Below, one piece after another: positions 48,176-48,320 of a stretch of 48,320 nucleotides of DNA. The stretch is taken from positions 1 to 48,320 of the forward strand of contig JADFKH010000001.1 of assembly GCA_022565025.1 (NCBI GenBank), given 5' to 3'. The position numbers and the translations under genes are program-made. The first letter of the stretch is position 1. Each line of letters opens with the position of its first letter. The DNA is from Pseudomonadota bacterium. Lineage in GTDB: Bacteria > Pseudomonadota > Gammaproteobacteria > Xanthomonadales > SZUA-36. The notes below the pieces were generated by a model that made no database searches, was not told the origin of the DNA, and saw nothing but the letters and a program-made list of their open reading frames with translations.

Positions 48176-48253
48176 CGGGGTCAGAGAACCATTTCCTGAA
48201 TAAGAATTTCTATTTTCTCCTTCGCTGTGGCAGGAAATGGTTCTCTGACCCCG
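48176..48253. repeat. 78-bp palindromic (MITE/REP-like) element, copy 2, 3 nt downstream of the sufS stop
   Basis: Perfect 23-bp terminal inverted repeats cggggtcagagaaccatttcctg (48176-48198) and caggaaatggttctctgaccccg (48231-48253). The 32-nt centre is unrelated to that of copy 1. Confidence 0.9.
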
Positions 48254-48320
48254 ACCCTATTGCTCTCCAAGAACCCGGGTGCATTGCTGCCTTATGACGT
48301 TTTCTACACGCTGCAATGCC

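Noticed and set aside
1-48320. Looked for CRISPR arrays, IS elements or transposases, integrases, toxin-antitoxin pairs, restriction-modification or other defence-island signatures.
   Set aside because: None seen. All ORFs longer than 200 aa that are not shadow ORFs can be assigned to housekeeping or envelope functions, or to the orphan glycosyltransferase and lipoprotein genes listed as features.

Overview
This 48.3 kb window looks like chromosomal DNA from a gammaproteobacterium, at roughly 55% GC by eye. It is almost fully coding and mostly housekeeping. I found no rRNA, tRNA, CRISPR array, IS element, integrase or phage genes.

Gene order:
- + strand: relA (3' part).
- - strand: a 1509-aa multi-module glycosyltransferase.
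- + strand: mrcB (PBP1B), a small lipoprotein/TPR gene, yoaA-type helicase, tsaB.
- - strand, 12.2-28.7 kb: M20 amidohydrolase, an 814-aa double glycosyltransferase, mgtE, then the classical rpoN neighbourhood extended by a permease-less PTS (yrbG-kdsD-kdsC-lptC-lptA-lptB-rpoN-hpf-ptsN-hprK-rapZ-EIIA(Man)-HPr-EI).
- Then ibaG, an M48/TPR lipoprotein protease, purN-purM, DUF2066/AI-2E transporter/hda, a short AMP-nucleosidase-like gene, a 586-aa orphan lipoprotein, pntAA-pntAB-pntB and amgK-murU.
- Last, an Rrf2-regulated sufBCDS operon.

I did not find a convincing self-contained new multi-gene system such as a defence or toxin module. The points worth a second look are structural:
1. A 78-bp element with 22-23 bp terminal inverted repeats sits in-frame inside sufD, with a second 78-bp copy right after sufS.
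2. A perfect 23-bp direct repeat brackets the amidohydrolase gene and carries the stop codons of both flanking convergent genes.
3. The mrcB-adjacent LpoP-like lipoprotein/TPR gene is split by a frame change.
4. A 60-bp segment (RBS plus the first 17 codons of that lipoprotein) recurs at 78% identity upstream of ibaG.
5. An in-frame TAG interrupts what would be a full signal peptide of the DUF2066 protein.
6. Two very large multi-module glycosyltransferases sit among housekeeping genes with no export or polymerase partners.

All protein calls rest on motif recognition in the supplied translations and on synteny. No database search was run.
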